In this document: one piece after another, positions 50,456 to 59,902 of the stretch
How the letters are laid out: every line of letters starts with the position of its first letter
Position numbering within the stretch: the stretch's first letter is position 1
Assembly: GCA_944362705.1 (NCBI GenBank)
Contig: CALVTO010000002.1
Coordinates: 230,284-294,283, forward strand
DNA length: 64,000 nt
Origin: an uncultured Clostridia bacterium
GTDB lineage: Bacteria > Bacillota > Clostridia > Christensenellales > UBA1242
Reading direction: 5' to 3'
Position numbers and translations under genes: made by a program
Notes under the pieces: model-generated
Databases searched by the model: none
What the model was told of the DNA's origin: nothing
The model's input: the letters and a program-made list of their open reading frames with translations, nothing else

Positions 50456-51997
50456 ATGAAAAATGTAGATGTTGTTGTTATTGGTGCTGGAAACGGCGGT
50501 TTAGTTTCTGCCATACGTGTTTTACAGCAAGGGTACTCTTGCCTTGTGCTAGAAAAACATAATATTCCTGGTGGGTTTGCCACAAGCTTTAAGCGTGGCA
50601 GGTTTGAGTTTGAGGCTTCTTTACACGAACTGAACGACTTTGGAACGGCAGATAACGCAGGTGATTTGCGCGTGTTGTTTGACGAACTTGGCGTAACCGA
50701 TAAAATTGATTGGGTGCAATCGAATGAAGCCTACCGTTTGCTCACGCTTGACGAAAAGGAACCTATGGACGTAGCCATGCCTTTAGGTGTAAACGAATAT
50801 ATAGACGCTATGGTTAAGGCGTGCCCAGAAAGCAAAACCAGCATAGAAAAATTTATGAATTTGGCCGATGAAATTATGCGCGCGCAGGCATACTCAAATA
50901 GTGTAAATGGCAATACCGATTCTAAGTACATGGTAGAACATTTTCCTAACTTTGTGCGTTGCGGTTCGTACTCAGTAAACGAAGTATTAGAAGTGTTAAA
51001 AATGCCAAAAAAGGCAAAAGATATTTTAAGCGCTTATTGGTGTTACCTAGGCGCCGATTTAGATACCATGAGTTTTATTCACTATGCTTCTATGGTGTAC
51101 AGATATTTAAAACGCAAAGTTTCTATACCTGTAAACCGCTCTCACGAAATAAGCTTAGCACTTGCTGAGCGCATTATGGAACTAGGTGGCGAAATTTGGT
51201 ACAATAGTGAAGTTACCGAAATTGTTATGCGCGGAAAAACCGTGCAAGGCGTACGCTTAGCCGACGGCACTACCATTAGTACGCACCACATTATTGCCAA
51301 CTGTGCGCCACACGTTGTGTTTGGCAAAATGATGAAAGCAAGGTATGTACCAAAATACCAATTACAACTAGCCAATGCACGCAAGTTTGCAGGGCGCGGG
51401 TTTACCGTGTTTTTAGGGTTAAATAAAAGCGCCGAAGAACTAGGCATTACGCACCACAACTATTTTATTTACGATACAAACGATACCGTAAAGCAATACG
51501 AACTTATGGAACGCATTGTAACCAACCACGCACAAGCAACGGTATGCTTAAATAATGCGCTACCTTCTTGTAGCCCTAAGGGTACTTGCATGCTTTATAT
51601 GACCACTCTTTTTACATCAAACGATTGGAAAAATGTTACAAAAACCGATTACGTAAAAGTAAAAGAAATGGTAGCAAGCAATTTAATTGACGCATTTGAA
51701 AAAGCAACGCACACCAGCATTCGCCCTTATATTGAGCAAATTGAAATTGCCACCCCGTTAACCTACGCAAGATATTGTGGGCACCCTGAAGGCGTTATTT
51801 ATGGATACGAATCACAATATTACGACGGTTTAATGCCAAGACTTTTAATGATGCAAGACGATGCATCTACTTGCCCGGGTTTACGTTTTGCTGGAGGTTA
51901 CAGCATGCGTCTTTCTGGATATTCTAGCGCATACCATAGTGGTGATATTGTTGGGCGTCAAACCGTTGGAGATTTAAAAAAGGAGGTGCAAGCATAA
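50456..51997 (+). CDS. Phytoene desaturase/RetSat-family FAD oxidoreductase
   Basis: VIGAGNGGL, EKHNIPGGFATSFKRGRFEFEASLHE, ATPLTYARY. Confidence 0.85.
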   Translation: MKNVDVVVIGAGNGGLVSAIRVLQQGYSCLVLEKHNIPGGFATSFKRGRFEFEASLHELNDFGTADNAGDLRVLFDELGVTDKIDWVQSNEAYRLLTLDEKEPMDVAMPLGVNEYIDAMVKACPESKTSIEKFMNLADEIMRAQAYSNSVNGNTDSKYMVEHFPNFVRCGSYSVNEVLEVLKMPKKAKDILSAYWCYLGADLDTMSFIHYASMVYRYLKRKVSIPVNRSHEISLALAERIMELGGEIWYNSEVTEIVMRGKTVQGVRLADGTTISTHHIIANCAPHVVFGKMMKARYVPKYQLQLANARKFAGRGFTVFLGLNKSAEELGITHHNYFIYDTNDTVKQYELMERIVTNHAQATVCLNNALPSCSPKGTCMLYMTTLFTSNDWKNVTKTDYVKVKEMVASNLIDAFEKATHTSIRPYIEQIEIATPLTYARYCGHPEGVIYGYESQYYDGLMPRLLMMQDDASTCPGLRFAGGYSMRLSGYSSAYHSGDIVGRQTVGDLKKEVQA

Positions 51998-53181
51998 TGG
52001 CGTTTGTATTTAAAAAACAAATATTTGGCTGGCAAGACATGTTGCGTTTTAAACACTTAACCAAAAAACGCAAAGAAATGATTGAATCTGCTAGCACCAC
52101 CCCACTGCCTACAACCTATAAAGTTAATGAAGTGGCAAAAAGTTTACACCCGAAACTTTTACACGTTACGGTTGTGTCTACAAAAACCTTAAGCCACGAT
52201 ACAAAAATGTATACTTTAAATATAGACCCTTCGTACCCAGAAGAACATTTTCCTTATTTTAGACCAGGCCAGTATGTTTCTGTTAGCATGAATATTCGTA
52301 AAAATAGAATTTCACGCCCTTATGCCATTGTTTCGTCCCCAGCAGAAGCGTTGAAAGGAATTATGCGCATTGCGGTGAAAAAAACTGGTGGCATTATGAG
52401 CACATACTTTTTTAATAGCGTGCATAAAGGTGATAAATTTACGATTTCGGGTGCATGTGGCAACTTTTACTACGAACCACTACGTGACACAAAAGATGTT
52501 TTATTTGTAGCAGGTGGCTCAGGTATTACACCATTTATAAGCATGGCGCACGATTTTAAAGATACAAAAGCCGATGTTCGCTTAACCATTTTATATGGTT
52601 CCAAAACAAAAAAAGATATTTTGTTTTATGATGAATTAGAATCTTTAAAAAGTAAAAACTGCAAAGTAATTCATGTGCTTTCCGACGAAAAACTAGACGG
52701 ATTTCATCATGGGTTTATTGACCGCGTGCTCTTGGAACGCTATATAGGCGGGCGCGATGTAACTGTGTTTGCATCGGGTTCTGAGAATATGTACGCCTTT
52801 TTACGTAAAGAATTACAAGCATTATCTATTCCAGACTACCGCTTACACTTAGAAGCCAACCCAGCGGGCACACTACCAGAAACAAATTACAAAACATACC
52901 GCGCGGTTATTACCATACGTGACAGAAAATATTATATTAAAACGCGTTCTAACGAAACGCTTTTAACCGCTATGGAAAGAGCCAACATTGCAGCACCAAA
53001 CCATTGCCGAAGCGGTTCTTGCGGGTACTGCCACTCAAAACTTGTAAGCGGTGACGTATATATACCTGAAAGCAAAGACGGCAGACGGTTAGCCGACCTA
53101 AAATTTGGCTACATTCACCCATGCGTTACCTACCCAAGAAGTGATGTAAAACTTATTGTACCATTCCAAGAACGTAAATAA
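51997..53181 (+). CDS. FAD/NAD(P)-binding reductase with C-terminal 2Fe-2S ferredoxin
   Basis: FRPGQY, RPYA, AGGSGITPF, CRSGSCGYC...C. Confidence 0.88.
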   Translation: MAFVFKKQIFGWQDMLRFKHLTKKRKEMIESASTTPLPTTYKVNEVAKSLHPKLLHVTVVSTKTLSHDTKMYTLNIDPSYPEEHFPYFRPGQYVSVSMNIRKNRISRPYAIVSSPAEALKGIMRIAVKKTGGIMSTYFFNSVHKGDKFTISGACGNFYYEPLRDTKDVLFVAGGSGITPFISMAHDFKDTKADVRLTILYGSKTKKDILFYDELESLKSKNCKVIHVLSDEKLDGFHHGFIDRVLLERYIGGRDVTVFASGSENMYAFLRKELQALSIPDYRLHLEANPAGTLPETNYKTYRAVITIRDRKYYIKTRSNETLLTAMERANIAAPNHCRSGSCGYCHSKLVSGDVYIPESKDGRRLADLKFGYIHPCVTYPRSDVKLIVPFQERK

Positions 53182-53259
53182 ACAAAAACACACCACCTGC
53201 GCCACAAAGATAATATAAAATAAAAAAAGAAACTCTAATAACAGAGCTTCTTTTTTATT

Positions 53260-53499
53260 TTACCAATCTTGCACTTTATGCGAAGGTATTTTTATATCAT
53301 CATAATAAGCAAAATAGTTGTTTTTAAATTTTTCAAGGGTTTGCTTGGTTTTCTTTTTCTTTTGCACTTCTTTGCCTTGTTTGCATTGTGCTTTTTTTCG
53401 CTCCGCAAACATTTCTTCTAGTTGCTCGGGCGTATAATCTTGCAAGCAAACACCTTCATCTTGTTTTAAATTTTGATTAAAAAGTTCGTTATTATTCAT
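53260..53499 (-). CDS. Small hypothetical protein
   Basis: 79 aa from ATG 53499; followed by a terminator hairpin. Confidence 0.5.
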   Translation of the reverse strand: MNNNELFNQNLKQDEGVCLQDYTPEQLEEMFAERKKAQCKQGKEVQKKKKTKQTLEKFKNNYFAYYDDIKIPSHKVQDW

Positions 53500-53575
53500 G
53501 TTACCCCACACGCATTTTGTTTGTATGGTTAAGTATACGCGCAATATTTTATTTTTTCAAGAAAAAAACAGCCTT

Positions 53576-55993
53576 TTATTTAGCTGTTTTTTTACGTGTT
53601 TTTGCGGGTTTTGTAGCCGTTGTTGCTTCTTCTGTTTCTTTTGCGTTCCATTTCCAGTTTAATATTTCTGGCATATCTATACCATGTTCTTCAATATAGG
53701 TTTTATGCTGTGCAAGTATTTCGTTAAGTTTTTCAACAATAATCTTGGTTTCTTTTGCGTTTGGTTGCACCTTTTGCAAAACATCCATCGCTAAATGCCA
53801 CCTATCTACTTTGTTACGCACGCGCATATCAAATGGAGTGGTTATAGCGCCTTCTTCCTCATACCCATGCACCAAAATATTTTTATTGTTACGATGATAC
53901 AACAACCCATAGATAAGTCTTGGGTAACCATGGAACGAGAAAATAACAGGTTTATCTTTGGTAAATATGCTATCAAACTTTTGGTCGGTTAAGCCATCTT
54001 TACTTTCTTTATTTAACGTGCATAAGTTTACAATGTTTACAAAACGCACTTTAATGTTTGGCGCATATGTTTTTAAGAAATCTACACAGGCAAGCGCTTC
54101 TAGGGTTACCGTATCGCCACAACTAACGAGTACAATATCGGGTTCTTGCTTTCCGCATGTACTTGCCCAATTCCATACGCTTATACCTTTTTGCACGTGC
54201 TCTTGCGCTTCTTTCATGCTTAGCCATTGCCATGTTGGGTGTTTTGATGCCACAATAGCATTGATTTTATTTGCTGTTTTTGTGCATTGTGCGTATGTGC
54301 AAATAAGCGTGTTTGCATCGGCTGGCAAGTAAACCCCTATGTTATCGGCTTTTTTGTTCATCATGTGGTCTAGCAAGCCCGGTTCTTGGTGTGTGTAGCC
54401 GTTATGGTCTTGTTGCCAAACATTGCTTGTTAAAATTAAGTTTAACGATGAAATTGGTTTACGCCATGCAAGTTCTCCTGCAAGTTTTAGCCATTTTGCA
54501 TGTTGGCCAATCATAGAATCTACCACGCGAATAAACGCTTCGTAACTTGCAAACATACCGTGCCTACCCGAAAGAATATACCCTTCAAGCACACCTTCAC
54601 AAAAATGCTCACTCAAATAGGAATCTAGCACCCTACCATCGGCAGATAGGTATTCGTCGGTACTTACGGTTGGAAGTTCAAACGTACGGTTTTCTTCTTC
54701 AAAAACATGGTACAACCTATTGCTCATAGCCTCATCTGGGCAAAATATACGGTAGTTTTTACTTGCTTCGTTTAGTTTAAAAATATCTCGAATATATGCG
54801 CTTAACGCAAGCATGTCTTGCGCCTGCACCTTGCCATGCCCCGTAAATTTCACGCCATATTTTTTCACGCTTGGTAATTTTAAAGTTTTTAACAATTCAC
54901 CGCCATTGGCCACAGGGTTTGCACTTATACGCTTTTTACCCTTTGGCGCCATAGCACGAATTTGCGGAAGTAATTTTCCGTTTTTATCAAACAATTCTTC
55001 TGGGTGATAACTTTCTAACCATTTTATTAATATTTCAAACCCGTTGGTATCGCTAAGCGAAACAGGTACTTGATGCGCACGGAAATTGCCTTCCACCTTT
55101 TTTTGATTCACCATTTTAGGCCCCGTCCACCCTTTTGGTGTACGTAATACAATCATTGGCCAAACAGGGCGCACTACCTGTTTATTTTTACGCGCTTGTT
55201 TTTGTATGGTTTGAATTTCTTCTATGCATGCGTCCATGGCTCTTGCCATTTTTTCATGCATTTGCATATAATCGTCCCCTTCTACAAAATAAGGTCGCCA
55301 ACCTAACCCGCTAAAATATTGAAACAATTCTTGTTTAGAAATACGTGAAAGCACGGTTGGGTTACTAATTTTATATCCGTTTAAATGTAAAATAGGCAAC
55401 ACTGCCCCATCGGTTTTAGGGTTTAAAAATTTATTGCCATGCCAAGAACAAGCCAGTGGTCCTGTTTCGGCTTCGCCATCGCCAATGGTTACCGCGGTAA
55501 TAAGATTTGGGTTATCGAGCACTGTTCCAAACGCATGTGCTAAAGAATAGCCAAGTTCTCCGCCTTCGTGTATAGACCCTGGAACTTCTGGCGCTACGTG
55601 GCTACTTGTGCCCCCTGGAAACGAAAAGTTTTTACACAATTTTTCTAGCCCTTTTTCATCTTGCGTAAACTCTGGATATACTTCGGTATAGGTTCCTTCT
55701 AAATATGCGTTCGATATAAAAAAGTTGCCACCATGACCCGGCCCCGCAATCAACATCATATTTACGTTGTGCGCTAAAATAGCACGGTTTAAATGCGCAT
55801 ATACAAAGTTTTGCCCAGGGCAAGTACCCCAATGGCCAACTAACCTTGGTTTAATATCACTTTCCTTTAAAGGTCGTTTTAAAAGTGCATTTTTTTGTAA
55901 ATATAATTGCGCTGCCGAAACATAGTTGGCGGCACGCCAATATTTATGTACATTTTCTAAATATTTTTTACTTAAGAAATAATTGTTATTCAC
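53576..55993 (-). CDS. xfp: Phosphoketolase
   Basis: GHWGT, GPGHG, HEGGELGY, GDGEAETG, QQDHNG; GTG start after GAGGTG. Confidence 0.96.
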   Translation of the reverse strand: MNNNYFLSKKYLENVHKYWRAANYVSAAQLYLQKNALLKRPLKESDIKPRLVGHWGTCPGQNFVYAHLNRAILAHNVNMMLIAGPGHGGNFFISNAYLEGTYTEVYPEFTQDEKGLEKLCKNFSFPGGTSSHVAPEVPGSIHEGGELGYSLAHAFGTVLDNPNLITAVTIGDGEAETGPLACSWHGNKFLNPKTDGAVLPILHLNGYKISNPTVLSRISKQELFQYFSGLGWRPYFVEGDDYMQMHEKMARAMDACIEEIQTIQKQARKNKQVVRPVWPMIVLRTPKGWTGPKMVNQKKVEGNFRAHQVPVSLSDTNGFEILIKWLESYHPEELFDKNGKLLPQIRAMAPKGKKRISANPVANGGELLKTLKLPSVKKYGVKFTGHGKVQAQDMLALSAYIRDIFKLNEASKNYRIFCPDEAMSNRLYHVFEEENRTFELPTVSTDEYLSADGRVLDSYLSEHFCEGVLEGYILSGRHGMFASYEAFIRVVDSMIGQHAKWLKLAGELAWRKPISSLNLILTSNVWQQDHNGYTHQEPGLLDHMMNKKADNIGVYLPADANTLICTYAQCTKTANKINAIVASKHPTWQWLSMKEAQEHVQKGISVWNWASTCGKQEPDIVLVSCGDTVTLEALACVDFLKTYAPNIKVRFVNIVNLCTLNKESKDGLTDQKFDSIFTKDKPVIFSFHGYPRLIYGLLYHRNNKNILVHGYEEEGAITTPFDMRVRNKVDRWHLAMDVLQKVQPNAKETKIIVEKLNEILAQHKTYIEEHGIDMPEILNWKWNAKETEEATTATKPAKTRKKTAK

Positions 55994-56144
55994 TTGTTTC
56001 ACCTCATTATTTAGTATACAAATTTTGTTCATAATGCGCAAACATTATGCGTGTTTATACAAAACTTTCACTCTTGCCTTATATTTTATGAAACAAAATT
56101 TTTTTATGTTTGCAAAAAGCACCTATTTTGGGTATACTAAGCAT

Positions 56145-57149
56145 ATGCTTACACAACAAAACTTTTCTAAACCATTAGTTGCTTGGTACAAACAACATAA
56201 ACGAGATTTGCCTTGGCGTAACACCAAAGACCCTTACGCTATTTTCGTGAGCGAAATTATGTTGCAACAAACGCGGGTAGAAGCTGTAAAAAAATATTAT
56301 GCGCCTTTTATACAAAAATTTCCTACAACCAAAGCGCTTAGCAATGCTTCCCAAGAAGAACTTTTGCGTGCTTGGCAAGGCTTAGGGTATTACAGACGCG
56401 CAAAAAACTTACAACGCGCGTGCATGCAAATAGAAACTGAATACAATGGGCAATTCCCTACAACACAAAAAGAACTGTCTTTATTGTATGGCGTAGGCTT
56501 GTACACATCGTGCGCGGTAGCAAGCATTTGTTTCAACGAGCGCGTACCCGCGGTAGACGGCAATGTACTACGCGTGTTTGCCCGAGTAACCGCACTACCA
56601 GATAATGTTTTATTAGAAAAAACCAAACAAAACGTATATCAACAACTTTTACCGCTAGTACCTAAAGAAGCGGGAAGTTTTAACCAGGCGTTTATGGACT
56701 TAGGTTCTAGCATTTGCTTGCCCGCAAACCCCTTGTGCCAGCATTGCCCTTTAGCAAGTGTATGTAAAGGCAAACACAACCCGACAGCATTCCCTGTACG
56801 TGAAAAAAAGCAAAACAAGCCTGCCTTTCATAAAACGGTTGCCATTCTATATTACAAAGATGCAATCTGCATAGAAAAACGCAAAGACGATGGACTTTTA
56901 GCGGGTATGTATGCCTTCCCGAACCTAGATGGGTGGCTGACCGAAGCCGAGGCCACCGCATGGGTAGAAAAAAACTTTGGCGATGTACAAGCCCTAACCC
57001 AGCAATACCATAAAAAACATATTTTTACGCACCAAATATGGAATATGCGGGTGTATGTATTTACACTTTCTTCCATAAAAACCACTTCATTTGTGCCCGA
57101 TATTTCTGCTTACCCTATACCTACAGCATTTTTAAAATGTTTGCCATAA
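56145..57149 (+). CDS. mutY: A/G-specific adenine glycosylase
   Basis: RDLPWR, SEIMLQQT, GLGYYRRA, VDGNVLRV, 4Fe-4S Cys motif, HIFTH. Confidence 0.95.
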   Translation: MLTQQNFSKPLVAWYKQHKRDLPWRNTKDPYAIFVSEIMLQQTRVEAVKKYYAPFIQKFPTTKALSNASQEELLRAWQGLGYYRRAKNLQRACMQIETEYNGQFPTTQKELSLLYGVGLYTSCAVASICFNERVPAVDGNVLRVFARVTALPDNVLLEKTKQNVYQQLLPLVPKEAGSFNQAFMDLGSSICLPANPLCQHCPLASVCKGKHNPTAFPVREKKQNKPAFHKTVAILYYKDAICIEKRKDDGLLAGMYAFPNLDGWLTEAEATAWVEKNFGDVQALTQQYHKKHIFTHQIWNMRVYVFTLSSIKTTSFVPDISAYPIPTAFLKCLP

Positions 57150-57294
57150 AAAAAGCCTCTAAACAAGCGACTTTTTTTATAATTTCTAAACAACGAAATA
57201 CTTCTAAACACCTTTTATTTTTATATAAAAAATTATTTTAAAATCGGACCTGATTTCATATTCCTAACACAACGAAGCATTAGTAGACGTCAAA

Positions 57295-57780
57295 CTATTT
57301 TATAACTTTTAAATCATCAATTTTTACAGAGATACAATCACCATAATATTCCCCGTTTTGGTCTATACCAGAAAAATCAACTTCTACATAATCTTGTATA
57401 GCGAAATTTTCCATTACACAACCCTTATCCCCTTTATGAATTCCGTATTTTGCATATTTATGGTCTTCTACTAATAATTCAACCATATCATATGCTTTTA
57501 TTTTTAAAGGTTCTATTTTAGTTTTTGCTTGTGTTTTTATAGTATCCAGTTTTGATATCAATTCTTTTAATATATTATCTGGTAGTTGTTCTTTTTCTGC
57601 AACAACATCACAAGTATATATTTTCGCAATAATATAATCACCTTGATTTTCTGGATTAAAAAATAAAACATCTAATGTATCAAAATTATATTTAATTACA
57701 ATGCCGTGCATATCTTTTACTAAATTGTATTCTTTATATGGTTTTTCATTTTTTAGTAATATTAAATCAAATTTTTTCAT
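57295..57780 (-). CDS. Tandem DUF4926-like domain protein (putative immunity protein)
   Basis: Two repeats of K..D.V.L......KYG..KG..G.V.......V.F; ATGA-coupled to the upstream gene. Confidence 0.65.
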   Translation of the reverse strand: MKKFDLILLKNEKPYKEYNLVKDMHGIVIKYNFDTLDVLFFNPENQGDYIIAKIYTCDVVAEKEQLPDNILKELISKLDTIKTQAKTKIEPLKIKAYDMVELLVEDHKYAKYGIHKGDKGCVMENFAIQDYVEVDFSGIDQNGEYYGDCISVKIDDLKVIK

Positions 57781-58361
57781 TTTATCCAACCTCCAAATGG
57801 CGTAATATTTCTAATTTTACCTTCTGGGCAAAGCATCCAGCCACTATAAAACTTTTTCCCTTTTAAGTCTGTCGGTATTGCCAATCTTTGCCCTCTTCTA
57901 TCAAGATTCTTTAATTTATAATTTCCAAGCAAGTATTGCTTTAATGCTTGTCTGCAATATTCTTTTTTTAAATATTCAGAATCTTTAACTGAATATCCTA
58001 AGTCGTAAAAAATTTTATTTTTCCCTTTAGAATCTCTTACATTCTTGAATACATATTCAGTAAATTTTGCAATATCACATTCGGCATAAGATTTGTTTTC
58101 CACTTTTGAAAATGAAATATCCTTTTTTCTACAATCACAATGTTCATGCAATGGCTGTTTAGGTCTATTGGTATCTAATAGATAACAACCATCTAGTGCA
58201 GAGCAACTCATGCAGTGCGCAAATATTGCCATTAAATTTCTCAAGATTTCCCTGTACCATTCTGGTTTGTTAGGTATTAAAAAATGATCCCATTCAATCC
58301 ACCTATTATAGCTTAAATTTTCATTCTCATCAAACCGTATAAAATCATCAAATATACTCAT
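57777..58361 (-). CDS. MuF-motif plus DUF6883-like protein (putative toxin)
   Basis: CxxCxxLDG...PLHEHCDC followed by KFTEYVF...GK..IF..LGY...SGW...P....ITPF. Confidence 0.65.
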   Translation of the reverse strand: MSIFDDFIRFDENENLSYNRWIEWDHFLIPNKPEWYREILRNLMAIFAHCMSCSALDGCYLLDTNRPKQPLHEHCDCRKKDISFSKVENKSYAECDIAKFTEYVFKNVRDSKGKNKIFYDLGYSVKDSEYLKKEYCRQALKQYLLGNYKLKNLDRRGQRLAIPTDLKGKKFYSGWMLCPEGKIRNITPFGGWIK

Positions 58362-58824
58362 ATTATATTATATCTCCTTTTAAAATGCAAAAGGTTGAAG
58401 ACCTCTGTTATCTCCAACCTTTTTAGTTACATTATATCATTAAAATTTTTCATATTTGCCCTAGTGTGCCATAATTTTTTTATTGTTTTTGTAATTTTTT
58501 TTATCTTTGCTTTTCATCTTCATATAGTTGTATTAAAATTTTTGTTTAATTTTTGTATTGTGTTGCGTATATATTTATCAGTAAAGCTATTAACCATTTT
58601 TTCGTTGAAATGATTAAACATACGTTTGTATTTGTTAAGTCATAATTTTCTCTAACAAAGTTGTTGTACTAAAAAAACATATTTTTACACACCAAATATG
58701 GAATATGCGGGTGTATGTATTTACACTTTCTTCCATAAAAACCACTTCATTTGTGCCCGATATTTCTGCTTACCCTATACCTACAGCATTTTTAAAATGC
58801 TTGCCATAAAAAGAGGTCGCTTGT

Positions 58825-59211
58825 TTAGCGACCTTTTTGTTGATTTATAAACGATTCCGTAATGAAATGTTCTTTTTGTTCTTCCACAAAATCTTTGGCG
58901 AACTGCTCTACCAACCTAGGGTGATTATCGTCTCCGGTGTATCGTCTGCTGGCATACAACATAACCCTTGGGGAACTTTCTTCTTGTGCTTGTATGTACC
59001 ACTCGTCACCCTTTTTTACCATTTGCACTTCATCAAAATAATAAGCTGTGTACTCAGAAAAATCTTCATCATCACTCCACGATTCGCCGTCTTGAATTCA
59101 GCCATGTGCACGCGCCCACGTTTCAAACAAAACAATATCTTTTCGAGCTATTTCTTCTACCTGCATGGCAAGCATGCAACTGCCAAGCAACTCCCTCATG
59201 TTTACATACAT
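58825..59211 (-). pseudogene. Hypothetical gene with in-frame TGA at 59098-59100
   Basis: AAGGAG SD and ATG 59211 coupled to the tmk stop; frame continues past the TGA into the 58825-59028 ORF. Confidence 0.6.
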
Positions 59212-59212
59212 T

Positions 59213-59902
59213 TTATTCTCCTTTTTGCACACTATTTACAAGCGTTTTAATTTCTTCATGAATTTCTTCAATCGTTTTTATGGTGTCATTTGCATGCACA
59301 CAATCCACGATATTCCAGCCTAAGGTTTGTGCCATTTCCATACCTACTTTATACGCGTTAGTTAAGTGCGAAATATCGGCTTCGTGAATATCTTTGCTTT
59401 CGCCATTTTTAAGTTCTACACGCGCATGCGCTAATTCTAAACTTTTCTCTACCGGCATATTTAAAAAGATAACCATATTGGGTTGTGGCAAACACAACGT
59501 TTTATATTCTAAATTCACCAACCACTCTACAAAACTTTTTCTTTCTTCTAGGCTGGCTAGTTTGCTTGCCTGGTGCAATAAGTTGCTTTCTACATAACGA
59601 TCAAAAATAATTGTATACCCTTTTTCATAATATGGTTTTATTTTGTTGTAATACGTGCACAACCTATCTGCCGCAAAAAGTACAGAAGATTGATATGCAG
59701 AAAACTCGCCTGCATGTTCCACAAGTTCTCCACCCAAGTACATTTTTACAGGCCCACTTGATGGACTTTGATAATTAGGAAAACTTTGTGAAATAACATG
59801 TTCGCCCTTTGCTTGCATGTATTCTAACAGTTTTTTTGTTTGCGTTTGCTTGCCTGAACCATCGGTACCTTCAATGGTTATAATAAACCCTTTATTTATC
59901 AC
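59213..59902 (-). CDS. tmk: Thymidylate kinase
   Basis: IEGTDGSGKQTQ, SFPNY, LFAADR, FDRY. Confidence 0.92.
   Translation of the reverse strand: MINKGFIITIEGTDGSGKQTQTKKLLEYMQAKGEHVISQSFPNYQSPSSGPVKMYLGGELVEHAGEFSAYQSSVLFAADRLCTYYNKIKPYYEKGYTIIFDRYVESNLLHQASKLASLEERKSFVEWLVNLEYKTLCLPQPNMVIFLNMPVEKSLELAHARVELKNGESKDIHEADISHLTNAYKVGMEMAQTLGWNIVDCVHANDTIKTIEEIHEEIKTLVNSVQKGE

Larger units (their letters stand above)
57012..58812. mobile_element. Non-autonomous genomic islet in mutY 3' end, flanked by 141-bp direct repeats (57012-57152 / 58672-58812)
   Basis: Repeats differ at two positions; interior visibly AT-richer; no recombinase gene. Confidence 0.8.

Noticed and set aside
50242-50583. 113-aa minus-strand ORF
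   Set aside because: Overlaps tRNA-Leu and is antisense to the oxidoreductase
58395-58613. 72-aa hydrophobic plus-strand ORF inside the mutY islet
   Set aside because: TTG start, no SD; hydrophobicity is explained by T-rich sequence
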